DNA from: Candidatus Latescibacterota bacterium | GTDB taxonomy: Bacteria > Latescibacterota > UBA2968 > UBA8231 | Assembly: GCA_965243025.1 (NCBI GenBank) | Contig: CBDETY010000003.1 | Span: 2,784,001-2,848,000, forward strand | Length of the DNA: 64,000 nucleotides | Reading direction: 5' to 3' | Shown: in pieces, positions 1 to 10,215 of the stretch | Numbering within the stretch: position 1 is the first letter of the stretch | Layout of the letters: every line of letters begins with the position of its first letter | The notes under the pieces: model-generated | Databases searched by the model: none | Told to the model about the DNA's origin: nothing | The model's input: only the letters and a program-made list of their open reading frames with translations | Program-made: the position numbers and the translations under genes

Positions 1-663
1 GTCTTCGACTTCCTGATCGTCGTCGTCTGCTTCCTGCCGGTCGGGGGCCCGTACGCCGCGGTGCTGCGGCTGGCGCGGGTGCTGCGTGCCCTGCGGCTGG
101 TGACGGCGCTGCCGAAGCTGCAGCTGCTGGTCGGCTCGCTGCTCAAGTCGATCCCCTCGCTGGGATACGTCGGCCTGCTGCTGGCGGTGCTGTTCTACGT
201 GTACGCGGTGATGGGGGTCTTTCTGTTCCGCGGCAACGATCCCGTCCACTTCCAGGACCTGTCGACGGCGCTGCTTACCCTCTTCCGGGTGGTGACCCTC
301 GAGGACTGGACCGACGTGATGTACATCCAGATGTACGGCAGCGACGCCTACCCGAACTACGGCGACTTCGCCCAGGCCCACCTGCGCGAAACCTCGCTGG
401 GGCGGCCGCTTCTCGGGGCCGCCTTCTTCGTCTCCTTCGTGCTGCTGGGGACGATGATCATGCTGAACCTGTTCATCGGCGTGATCATCAACTCGATGTC
501 CGAAGCCGAGGCGGAGAAGGAGGCCGAGGAGCGGCGCCGCAATCTCGAGCGCGACGGCGAGATCAGCGTCGGCGACGAGATGCGCCTGATCGAAGAGGAG
601 ATGGAGAAGCTGTCCCGCCGGCTGGGAGAGCTGCGAAGGCGGGCGGCCCGCGGGCGCGGGTAG
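1..663 (+). CDS. Bacterial voltage-gated ion channel (BacNav/Ion_trans family), 5' truncated by the window edge
   Basis: Frame open from base 1 (VFDFLIVV...). S4 R-x-x-R repeat VLRLARVLRALRLV, pore filter TLEDWTD, S6 LNLFIGVII, C-terminal coiled coil. Confidence 0.9.
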   Translation, partial: VFDFLIVVVCFLPVGGPYAAVLRLARVLRALRLVTALPKLQLLVGSLLKSIPSLGYVGLLLAVLFYVYAVMGVFLFRGNDPVHFQDLSTALLTLFRVVTLEDWTDVMYIQMYGSDAYPNYGDFAQAHLRETSLGRPLLGAAFFVSFVLLGTMIMLNLFIGVIINSMSEAEAEKEAEERRRNLERDGEISVGDEMRLIEEEMEKLSRRLGELRRRAARGRG

Positions 664-678
664 GCCTGTCGGGCAGGT

Positions 679-861
679 CTATATGTAGTAGGTCGGGACC
701 GGGGGGTCTTCCGGGGGCAGCTCGGGGGCTTTGAACTGCCGTCGGTTGCGCAGCCGCCGGGTGGCGGTGAATCCCCAGGCGACCAGGGCTCCCCACAAAG
801 CCGGAAGGACCACCGCGGCCGTCACCAGGATCGCTGACGGAAGGTCTGCCAGGGCGCTCAC
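679..861 (-). CDS. Small single-pass membrane protein (60 aa)
   Basis: GTG start overlaps the stop of the upstream GT2 gene (GTGA). One hydrophobic helix followed by a basic patch and Pro-rich tail. Confidence 0.55.
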   Translation of the reverse strand: MSALADLPSAILVTAAVVLPALWGALVAWGFTATRRLRNRRQFKAPELPPEDPPVPTYYI

Positions 862-1850
862 TCCGCATCCTCCGCGGGGGCAGGCTCGCCGTCCAGGCGG
901 CGGCTGATCCGCGGCGTGCGGCCCCCCCGCTGGTGCATGCTGGCCACCATGTCTCCGAGCAGTCCGGTCGAGAACAGCTGCACCCCGACGATGATCAGCA
1001 GGACCCCGAGAATCAGCAGCGGCAGCCGGTGCTGTATGGTGCCGGTCTCCGCCCACAGGTAGGTGATGTAGCAGCCTACCAGGGTTCCGGCGGCGGTTGC
1101 CGCCAGGCCGAGGCTCCCGAAGACGTGCATCGGCGTGGTCATGAAGCGGACCACGAAGGTGATCGAGAGCAGGTCGAGGAAGCCGTTGAGCAGGCGCCTG
1201 CTTCCGAACTTCGACGCACCGTACATGCGGCGGTGATGGCGCACCGGGATCTCGCCGACCCGGTAGCCGCTCCAGTGGGCGATCGCCGGCAGGTAACGGT
1301 AGAGCTCGCCGTACAGGTAGGGCAGGCAATCCTCGGCCACCTCGCGGCGGTAGGCCTTCAGGCCGCAGTTGAAATCGTGCAGCCTGACGCCGGCGACCAC
1401 CGAGGTCACGAGATTGAACAGCCGCGAAGGCAGGGTTTTGCTCAGGGGATCGAGGCGTTTCTTCTTCCAGCCGGTGACGAGGTCCTTGTCGTCGTCGAGG
1501 GCGGCAAGAAGGTTCTCGATCTCTTCCGGGTCGTCCTGGAGGTCGGCGTCCATGGTGACGATGACCTCCCCCCGGGCGGCCTTGAAGCCGGCCGCCAGGG
1601 CCGCGGCCTTGCGGTAGTTGCGCCGGAAGCCGAGGGCGCGGATGCGCGGATAGCGGCCGCCAAGCTCCCTGATGACGTCGAACGAGCCGTCGCCGCTGCC
1701 GTCGTCGACGAAGAGGATCTCCGACGGCCGCGGGATGCGGTCGAGGGAGGCGTTCAGTTTTTCGCACAGCAGCGGCAGGCTCTCGCGCTCGTTGAACACG
1801 GGGATCACGACCGAAATTTCCGGCGCCGTTGCGGCCTGTTCCGGGCTCAT
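858..1850 (-). CDS. GT2 polyprenol-phosphate glycosyltransferase (ArnC/DPM1-like)
   Basis: ISVVIPVFNE, VDDGSGD, MDADLQDDP, HDFNCGLKAYR motifs and two C-terminal TM helices. Confidence 0.92.
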   Translation of the reverse strand: MSPEQAATAPEISVVIPVFNERESLPLLCEKLNASLDRIPRPSEILFVDDGSGDGSFDVIRELGGRYPRIRALGFRRNYRKAAALAAGFKAARGEVIVTMDADLQDDPEEIENLLAALDDDKDLVTGWKKKRLDPLSKTLPSRLFNLVTSVVAGVRLHDFNCGLKAYRREVAEDCLPYLYGELYRYLPAIAHWSGYRVGEIPVRHHRRMYGASKFGSRRLLNGFLDLLSITFVVRFMTTPMHVFGSLGLAATAAGTLVGCYITYLWAETGTIQHRLPLLILGVLLIIVGVQLFSTGLLGDMVASMHQRGGRTPRISRRLDGEPAPAEDAE

Positions 1851-2042
1851 CTATCGACTATTGCGGTTTCGACGCCGGGTTTTCCGCCCGCCGCCGCCTT
1901 TCCCGAACTTTGCGTATCTTCATATTTAAATCAAACTTACAGCCGGTTCAGGGGCAATCCGCCTTTTCCCTCTCCCTGACCGCCGCTCGGGCGGCTCTGA
2001 CGGCCTGCCCTCCCGATCCCCCCGGCAGATCCAATCCGACCG

Positions 2043-3469
<1,427 letters not shown>

Positions 3470-3485
<16 letters not shown>

Positions 3486-4426
3486 ACCGTCCCCGCGCCC
3501 TGGAGCCGGGCGACCTCGTGGCCCTGGTCGCCCCCTCCCGGCCGGCCTCGGAGCGGGGGCGGCGGGAAGCCGAGGCATACCTGGAGCAGCGCGGCTACCG
3601 CGTCGATGTGTCCCCTGCCATCCACGACCGGCACTATTACCTGGCGGGAACCGACGATACCCGGGCGGCCGAGCTCAACCGCGTCTTCGCCGACCCCGAG
3701 GTACGGGCGGTGTTCTGCGCCCGGGGAGGGTTCGGCAGCGGGCGCCTGCTCGACCGGCTCGATTTAGGCGCCGTCCGCGGCGACCCGAAGATCGTCGCCG
3801 GCTTCAGCGATTCCACCGCCCTGCTGCTGGCGCTCTACTCGCGGGCCGGGCTGGTTGCCTTCAACGGCGCCCTGGCCGACTTCGACCTCGGCGAGGTCCG
3901 GGACTCCCTGGTCGAGGCCTCGCTCTGGCCGCTGCTGACGTCGCCGGAGCCGCTCGGGGAGGTCCCCGAGGCAGCGGATTCCATGGGGGTGGTGCGCCCC
4001 GGGACCGGGCGCGGGCCGCTGGTGCCGGCCAATCTCGCCCTGCTGTGCAGTCTCCTCGGGACCCCGTACTTCCCGCCGCTCGAAGGGGCCCTGCTCCTCC
4101 TGGAGGACATCGACGAGTACCCCTACCGCATCGACCGCATGCTCAACCAGCTGCGCCTGGCCGGCGTCCTCGAGCGCCTCGGAGGCCTTCTGTTCGGGCA
4201 GTTCAAGGACTGCTTCACCGACGGGGAAATGGAGGAAGCGCCGACCCTGGCCGAGCTCGCCCTGGAGCATGCGCGGGGGACCGGATTTCCCATCGTCGCC
4301 GGGCTTCCCTTCAGCCATTTCCCGCGGCGCCTGGTGCTGCCTGTCGGGGTCCGCGCCGAGCTCGACACCTCAATTCCCTCCCTGAAGATCACCGAGGCCG
4401 CGGTGGTGAACCCGGCCGGGAGCTGA
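3470..4426 (+). CDS. ldcA: LD-carboxypeptidase (peptidase S66)
   Basis: ARGGFG, GFSDSTAL, LLEDIDEYPYRIDRML, FSH motifs. ATG at 3470 overlaps the end of mpl. Confidence 0.9.
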
Positions 4427-4487
4427 TGGGGTGGGCGTGCAAAGACCCCATCCGTTCCGCCGGAACAAAGAGCCCGCCGGGGCTGCC

Positions 4488-5123
4488 ATGGAACCCCGGT
4501 CCACCCTGTTCTTCCTGGTCGCGGTCATGGCGCTGGGGGCCTGCGGCGAAGGGGATCCTGTTTCATCCCGCCAACCGGCCGCCGATTCCGGGACTGCCGC
4601 CAAACGCATATCCAGCGGGGTGACCGTCAGCGCCCCGGTCGCCGGTCTGGCCGAGTCCCGGATGTCCGGGGCCGACACCGCGGGCACCGACTCGACCGGC
4701 GCGATTACCGCAAACCCCGACACCCCGGGGAAGGACGGGGATCCGGGAAAACCGGGGACCCTGGTTTTCGCCGAATCCCCAGATGCGGCCGAAGAATGGG
4801 GTGCGGATCGTTTCCAGTTGTCCGCTGCCTCGATAACCGGTGATACCCTTGCCGTCACGGTGTCGTACAGCGGTGGATGTCAGGTCCACCAGTTCACCCT
4901 TGTCGCTTCCGATTCCTTCCTGGAGTCCGACCCGGTACAGCTCGAGGTTGCCCTCGCCCACAACGCCAACGGCGACCTTTGCAGGGCGTGGTTGACCGAA
5001 GACCTTCTATTCAGCCTAGTCCCGATCAAGGAGCGGTTCCAGAGTCAGTACCAGGATTCGGGCAGAGTGGTTCTGCTGCTCGAAGACGCTCCCGGTGAGC
5101 TCCTCTACGAGTTCGCGGAGTAA
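4488..5123 (+). CDS. Hypothetical lipoprotein (NigD C-terminal-like beta-sandwich)
   Basis: Lipobox LGA-C, low-complexity linker, then YSGGC..H.F.L...FLESDPVQ...LAHNANGD.C motif. Confidence 0.7.
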   Translation: MEPRSTLFFLVAVMALGACGEGDPVSSRQPAADSGTAAKRISSGVTVSAPVAGLAESRMSGADTAGTDSTGAITANPDTPGKDGDPGKPGTLVFAESPDAAEEWGADRFQLSAASITGDTLAVTVSYSGGCQVHQFTLVASDSFLESDPVQLEVALAHNANGDLCRAWLTEDLLFSLVPIKERFQSQYQDSGRVVLLLEDAPGELLYEFAE

Positions 5124-5452
5124 CGCCGGCCCCGGCCGAGGGCCAGGCGAGGCGACAACCACTCCTTTCACCATACCCGCTGCGAGCCGGTGCCACCGTG
5201 GCGCCGGCGCGGAACCGTGCCGGCGCCAGGAGCCGGGTGAAAGCCCGCTCGATCTGCGGCCGGCCCTGGCCGCCGGTTTCCGCGACTCGAAGCGACTGTC
5301 ACCACGGCTCCTGGACTTTCCCGCTGTCGGCCTTCTTCCCGGGCCCCTCCTGCTCCTTGTGGCAACTCCTCGGACCGGTCCCTTTTCGGTCCGCGCCGGC
5401 GAATCCTCAGATGACTCTCCATGGCCTGTTTCCCTGGAGAAACCGGCGGGGC

Positions 5453-6247
5453 TCAATCGCCCTCCGAAGCCGCGAGCGGAAGAACCCGCTGCTTGACCAC
5501 CCCCCAACTGCTCCCCTGGACCGCGGTGGGGATGGGCTCCTCGGACTCGCCGGATCCGGTATCCTCCATGTCTGTTTCCTTCGGCCCGGTGTCGGCCGGC
5601 TCTCCGGTTTCCCCCGTCGACAGCGTCATCAGGCGCTCGGGAATGCTCCCGGGTGTTCCCAGCTCGCTGCTGCCGTCGTCCCAGCCGCTCGCTTCGGTCG
5701 CGGTCGCCCAGGCATGTTCCTGCGAGCCGTCGGTGTCGAACTCGACCCGCACCATGGCCGCCTTCTGCTTGTTGTCTCCGGCAAGCGGCGCGCCGCTGCC
5801 GTCATCCGCGGTGTCGATCAGGTTGCCGCCGTTCTCGGGGTCGCCGCTGTAGAGGCGCAACAGCAGCCTGCTGTTGGGCAGCGCCACCGAGGTCGCCACC
5901 ACATCCGGATCGACGCTGATCTGCGAGCGCGCCGCGTTGTAGTTGGAAATCAGGAACGCCGCGCCCGGAGCGATTCTGCCCTCGCTCAGCTGGAGCATCA
6001 CCGCCTCCTCGCCGTCTTTCCCCGTTTGCGTGATGGTCCATCCGCTGAGATCCTTCGCGGAGGACCCGCGGTTGTAGAGCTCGATCCACTCGTCGGCGCT
6101 CGAGGACTCGCTTCCCATCCACATCAACTCGCTGAACACCACGTCGCCCGGTTCGCCGGCGGCTACCGACGTGTCGAAGGCGATCGCACCGAGCAGAGAG
6201 GCCAGGAGCAGGCTGGTGCAACTGGAGAGGTTTCGGGCAGGTTTCAT
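5453..6247 (-). CDS. Secreted lamin-tail-domain protein with C-terminal 'TAVQGSSWGVVK' tail
   Basis: Signal peptide, VVFSELMW...DEWIELYN...DLSGWTI LTD motif, GTPG. RBS GGAG upstream of ATG 6247. Confidence 0.8.
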   Translation of the reverse strand: MKPARNLSSCTSLLLASLLGAIAFDTSVAAGEPGDVVFSELMWMGSESSSADEWIELYNRGSSAKDLSGWTITQTGKDGEEAVMLQLSEGRIAPGAAFLISNYNAARSQISVDPDVVATSVALPNSRLLLRLYSGDPENGGNLIDTADDGSGAPLAGDNKQKAAMVRVEFDTDGSQEHAWATATEASGWDDGSSELGTPGSIPERLMTLSTGETGEPADTGPKETDMEDTGSGESEEPIPTAVQGSSWGVVKQRVLPLAASEGD

Positions 6248-6309
6248 GTCGCAGTCTCCTTTCCGGGTGAAGGTTTCCGATCCCTTGCGAATCGGCTGAC
6301 TGCGACGGG

Positions 6310-6324
6310 GCAATTCCGGTGCCG
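6310..6324 (-). promoter_or_regulatory. Possible sigma54 -24/-12 promoter
   Basis: Minus strand CGGCAC-CGGAA-TTGC (GG-N10-GC), about 60 nt upstream of the LTD gene start. Confidence 0.45.
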
Positions 6325-6568
6325 CCCCCATGTCCTCTCCCGAAATGGGCCGCCAAGATCTTTTTTTACAGGAGGTTACGCTCCAGTCCCCCCGCGTGGC
6401 CGGGGCAATTCAGGCGGCACCATGTCGACACAGGTGTCACCGCAACCACATACCGGGCCCGATAGCCCGGTGACCCGGGCAAACTCTCGGTTACCGCCCG
6501 GGTTTTGGCCGCGGCGTCATTGACGTACCCTTTCGCCACGGTTCCCGAAACCCGGAAAGGATGAGGTT

Positions 6569-7522
6569 GTGAAGATTCTCCTGCGCCAGTCCGATCTGTC
6601 TGACGAGTACCTGCGCTTCGCTGCCCAGATCGGCGCCGACGGCATCGACATCCACAACGCCGAGAGCGTCCCCGGCTGGATGGAGCAGGGGTACCCCGAT
6701 GCCGGTGAACTGCAAAGGATCAAGGAGCGGATCGAAGCAGCCGGCCTGCGGCTGTACCGGCTCGCCCCCCCGGACGACCCCTGCAAATTCATGCTCGGCC
6801 ACCCCGGCGGAGAGAAGGACATCGACGACCTGAAACGCTCCATCGAGATCATGGGCCGGCTCGGCATCCCCTTCCTGTCGACCCCCTTCCACTTCGACCA
6901 CCCGGGCCATCGCGGCGGCGTCCAGTTCGAGCACCGGGGCGGCTACAGAATGGGGGGGTTCAGCGCCGACAGGATGAACGCCAGTTTCGCCGCCGAGCCC
7001 TGGGACCCGCCGGTCTCCATAGAGGATCACTGGCAGCGGTCCCTCGAGATGCTGCGGGCCCTGGTCCCGGTCGCGGAGAACCACGACGTCAGGCTGATCA
7101 CCCACCCCGGGGATCCGCCGCTTTCGAACTGCTACGTCTCCCCCCAGCGCTGGACCGACATGATCGATCTCGTCCCCAGCTCCCACAACGGCCTGCTCTA
7201 CTGCATCGGCACCCGCTACGAGTCCGGGGTCGACATCCACGAGGACATCCGCCGCTACGGCCGCAAGGGCCAGATCTTCCACACCCACCTGCGCAACGTC
7301 CGCGGCCAGATCCCCACCCACGGCGGCTACCAGGAGGTGGCGATCGACGACGGGGACATGAACCTGCTCGCCGTGCTGCGCACCCTGCGGGAGGTCGGCT
7401 TCGACGGCGGCCTCCAGCTCGACCACATGCCCGGCTTCGACGGCGACGACCGGCACCGCAGGATCGCCTGGGCGCACGCGGTCGGGTACGTGCAGGCCCT
7501 GCTGGCGGCCATGGAGGAGTGA
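6569..7522 (+). CDS. Mannonate dehydratase (UxuA)-family protein
   Basis: HPGDPP, H.RNVRG, E..IDDGD, DHMP motifs. Confidence 0.85.
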   Translation: MKILLRQSDLSDEYLRFAAQIGADGIDIHNAESVPGWMEQGYPDAGELQRIKERIEAAGLRLYRLAPPDDPCKFMLGHPGGEKDIDDLKRSIEIMGRLGIPFLSTPFHFDHPGHRGGVQFEHRGGYRMGGFSADRMNASFAAEPWDPPVSIEDHWQRSLEMLRALVPVAENHDVRLITHPGDPPLSNCYVSPQRWTDMIDLVPSSHNGLLYCIGTRYESGVDIHEDIRRYGRKGQIFHTHLRNVRGQIPTHGGYQEVAIDDGDMNLLAVLRTLREVGFDGGLQLDHMPGFDGDDRHRRIAWAHAVGYVQALLAAMEE

Positions 7523-8505
7523 TGAATATCCAGGACCAGCTCCCCCACCAGCACCTGAACGACGACAACCTCGCCTTCTTCAAGGCGATCGGCGTCGATT
7601 ACCTGACGATCAACCCGCTCCCCTTCGCCGCCGACGACAAGGGGGAGCTGTCGACGTACGACGAGATGGCCGGCTTCCTGAAGTCGGCGCGCGACCTGGC
7701 CGGGAGGAACGGCCTCGAGCTGATGAACGTCGCCCTCGAAGGGCCCGACGACATCACCCTCGCCCGCCCGGGACGGGACGCCAAGCTCGAGCAGTGGAAG
7801 GACGCCCTGCGGGCGATGGCGGCGGCCGGCGTCCCCACCCTGGGCTACAACTTCAAGCCGATCGGCAACTTCCGCACCACCTCCGCCGTCGGCCGCGGCG
7901 GCTCCCGCTACAGCACCTTCGACTACGAGGAGTGGCAGCGGACCGAGCCGGAGTGGGGGCCGCGGTTCCGCCACAAGCAGATCGACGAGGAGGGGATGTG
8001 GGAGAACATCGCCTGGTTCCTCGAGCGCATCCTCCCGGTCGCCGAGGAGTGCGGCGTGCGCATGGCCCTGCACCCGGACGACCCGCCGATCCCCGAGCCG
8101 ATGGGAGGGGCCGCCCGCATCGTCTCCACCCTCGAGCAGTACGAGCGCATCTTCGCGATGGCGCCCAGCGACAGCAACGCCATGCTCTTCTGCCAGGGGT
8201 GCGTCACCGAGATGGGGGTCGACGTGCTCGCCTCGATCCGCCGCATCGGCGCCCTCGGCAAGATCGCCTACGTCCACTTCCGCAACGTGCGCGGCTCGCG
8301 CCGTTACTTCGAGGAGGTCTTCGTAGACGAGGGGGACGTCGACATGTTCGCCGCCATGCAGACCTACAGGGATGCCGGTTTCGAAGGCCCCTTCATGATG
8401 GACCACACCCCCTCCATCCCCGGCGACCGCGGGGGCCGCGAAGGCCACGCCCTGGCCGCCGGCTTCATGCGCGCCATGATCCAGGCGGTGTACGGCCGCG
8501 GCTGA
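7522..8505 (+). CDS. Mannonate dehydratase (UxuA)-family protein
   Basis: LGYNF, MALHPDDPP, HFRNVRG, DHTP motifs. Confidence 0.9.
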   Translation: MNIQDQLPHQHLNDDNLAFFKAIGVDYLTINPLPFAADDKGELSTYDEMAGFLKSARDLAGRNGLELMNVALEGPDDITLARPGRDAKLEQWKDALRAMAAAGVPTLGYNFKPIGNFRTTSAVGRGGSRYSTFDYEEWQRTEPEWGPRFRHKQIDEEGMWENIAWFLERILPVAEECGVRMALHPDDPPIPEPMGGAARIVSTLEQYERIFAMAPSDSNAMLFCQGCVTEMGVDVLASIRRIGALGKIAYVHFRNVRGSRRYFEEVFVDEGDVDMFAAMQTYRDAGFEGPFMMDHTPSIPGDRGGREGHALAAGFMRAMIQAVYGRG

Positions 8506-8549
8506 AGCCCCCGCCGGCCCGCCTCCCAACCCACGACAGGAGGACCGTC

Positions 8550-8996
8550 ATGCCGCTGATCCTCTTGCTGCCGCTGCTGGCCCTGGCCGGCGGCTGCGCC
8601 GACCCCTGCGCCACCCCCGAGAACGAGAAGGTCCTCGCCGCGGCCGCCGCCGAGAAAGGGGCGGTGCGCACCGAGTCCGGGCTGGTGTTCAGGCAGATCA
8701 AGGCCGGCCTCGGCCCCAAACCCGAGCCCCGCCACCGCGTCAGGGTGCTCTACGAGGGGCGCCTTCCGGACGGCACCGTGTTCGACAGCTCCGAAAAGCA
8801 GGGACGCTCCGCGGAGTTCAAGCTGTCCGGGGTGATTCCCGGATGGGTCGAAGGACTGCAGATGCTGAGCGGGGGCGGCAAGGCCAAGCTCACCATCCCC
8901 CCGCATCTCGCCTACAAGAAGAAAGGCAAGCCCGGCAGGATCCCGCCCTGCTCGGTGCTGATCTTCGAGATCGAGCTGCTCGGCATATCGGACTGA
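8550..8996 (+). CDS. FKBP-type peptidyl-prolyl isomerase (probable lipoprotein)
   Basis: TESGL, YEGRLPDGTVFDSS, VIPGWVEGLQ, IPPHLAY, LIFEIELL. RBS AGGAGG. Confidence 0.92.
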   Translation: MPLILLLPLLALAGGCADPCATPENEKVLAAAAAEKGAVRTESGLVFRQIKAGLGPKPEPRHRVRVLYEGRLPDGTVFDSSEKQGRSAEFKLSGVIPGWVEGLQMLSGGGKAKLTIPPHLAYKKKGKPGRIPPCSVLIFEIELLGISD

Positions 8997-9025
8997 GGGA
9001 CCCCCTCCCCGAGGCTGCCGTCCGG

Positions 9026-10129
9026 CTATCCCTGCCGGCGCACCCGCGCCGGGGTGTGGTCCTGTCCGATCTCCGCCGAGAGGATGCCGAGCGAGCGGTC
9101 GGGAAGCGGCAGGTCGACCCGGGTAAAGCCGCGGCGGTGGGACTCGCGCAGGGCCACGGCGATCTCCAGGGCGTGGCGGGCGTCCGCCCCGGAGCAGCGC
9201 GGCTCGCCGCCGTTTTCCGCCGCGGTGAGGATGTCGTCGACGATGGTCAGCCCCATCCCCTGCATATGTGTCGGATAGGGGAAGGGCAGCCGCGCCGGCA
9301 TGGGGCGGCCCCGCGGACCTCCCTGCACCGACTTCCAGAGCTCGAACTGCAGGGCCTGCTCCAGCAGGCGCACCCGCCCCTCGGTTCCCAGCACGTCGAA
9401 CTCCCAGCCCGCCGCCGCCCCGGTAGGCGTCGCCCGCAGGTAGCCGCGGGCGCCGTTGTCGTAGGCGAAGTAGCCGTTCCCCTGGGGGTCCTCCTCGCCC
9501 TCGGCCGCCGCGTCCGACTCGAGCTCGCCGAAGAGCCAGCTGACCTTGCCGTCGAGGGCGAGGTAGCGCATCGCGTCGATGGCGTGGCTGCCGTTGTGCG
9601 ACAGCCCGCACTGGGCGTATGCCGTCACCTGCAGCAGCTCGCCGATGTCGCCGGCGGCGATCAGCTCGCGGGCGCTGGTGTAGTGGGGATTCCAGCGGCG
9701 GGCGCAGTTCACCGCCAGGGCGACCCCGTTGGCGGCGCAGACCTCGACCATGCGGTCCGCCTCTTCCAGGGTCAGGGCGATCGGTTTCTCCGCCCAGATC
9801 GCCCGGGCACCCGAACCCGCCACCTCCTCGACGATTTCGGCGCGCACGCGGGCGGTGGTGCAGACGCTGACGATCTCGGGCTGCTCCTTCTCGAGCAGCT
9901 CGCGGTAGTCGGCGTACACGCGGCCCTGCATTCCCCAGCGCTCCGCGTAGATCGCGCGCTGCCCCTCGTGGGGGTCGGCCCCGCCCACCAGCTCGGTCCG
10001 CGGCGAGGCGGCGAAGGCCGGGGTGTGGCAGTAGGGGAGGTAGATCGAACCGCCGCGCGTCATCTCGTCGTCGAAGGTGCTGCCCATGCGGCCGAGGCCG
10101 ATCACTGCGGCCCGGTACGGTCTGCTCAT
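9026..10129 (-). CDS. Gfo/Idh/MocA oxidoreductase
   Basis: AAVIGLGRMG, EKPIA, NGSHAID motifs. Confidence 0.9.
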   Translation of the reverse strand: MSRPYRAAVIGLGRMGSTFDDEMTRGGSIYLPYCHTPAFAASPRTELVGGADPHEGQRAIYAERWGMQGRVYADYRELLEKEQPEIVSVCTTARVRAEIVEEVAGSGARAIWAEKPIALTLEEADRMVEVCAANGVALAVNCARRWNPHYTSARELIAAGDIGELLQVTAYAQCGLSHNGSHAIDAMRYLALDGKVSWLFGELESDAAAEGEEDPQGNGYFAYDNGARGYLRATPTGAAAGWEFDVLGTEGRVRLLEQALQFELWKSVQGGPRGRPMPARLPFPYPTHMQGMGLTIVDDILTAAENGGEPRCSGADARHALEIAVALRESHRRGFTRVDLPLPDRSLGILSAEIGQDHTPARVRRQG

Positions 10130-10215
10130 CTCTCGCCTGCCTGGTTTCGGGTTGTCGGGGTTGTGGTTTTTTGCGTCCGTCTACGGACTGTTTCGACGCA
10201 TCGGGAGCCACCAAT

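Noticed and set aside
5124-5452. GC-rich intergenic region with GGGAAAGTCC on the minus strand, resembling RNase P RNA or a riboswitch
   Set aside because: The remaining RNase P conserved elements and cobalamin-box motifs were not found. An Infernal/Rfam search would be needed.
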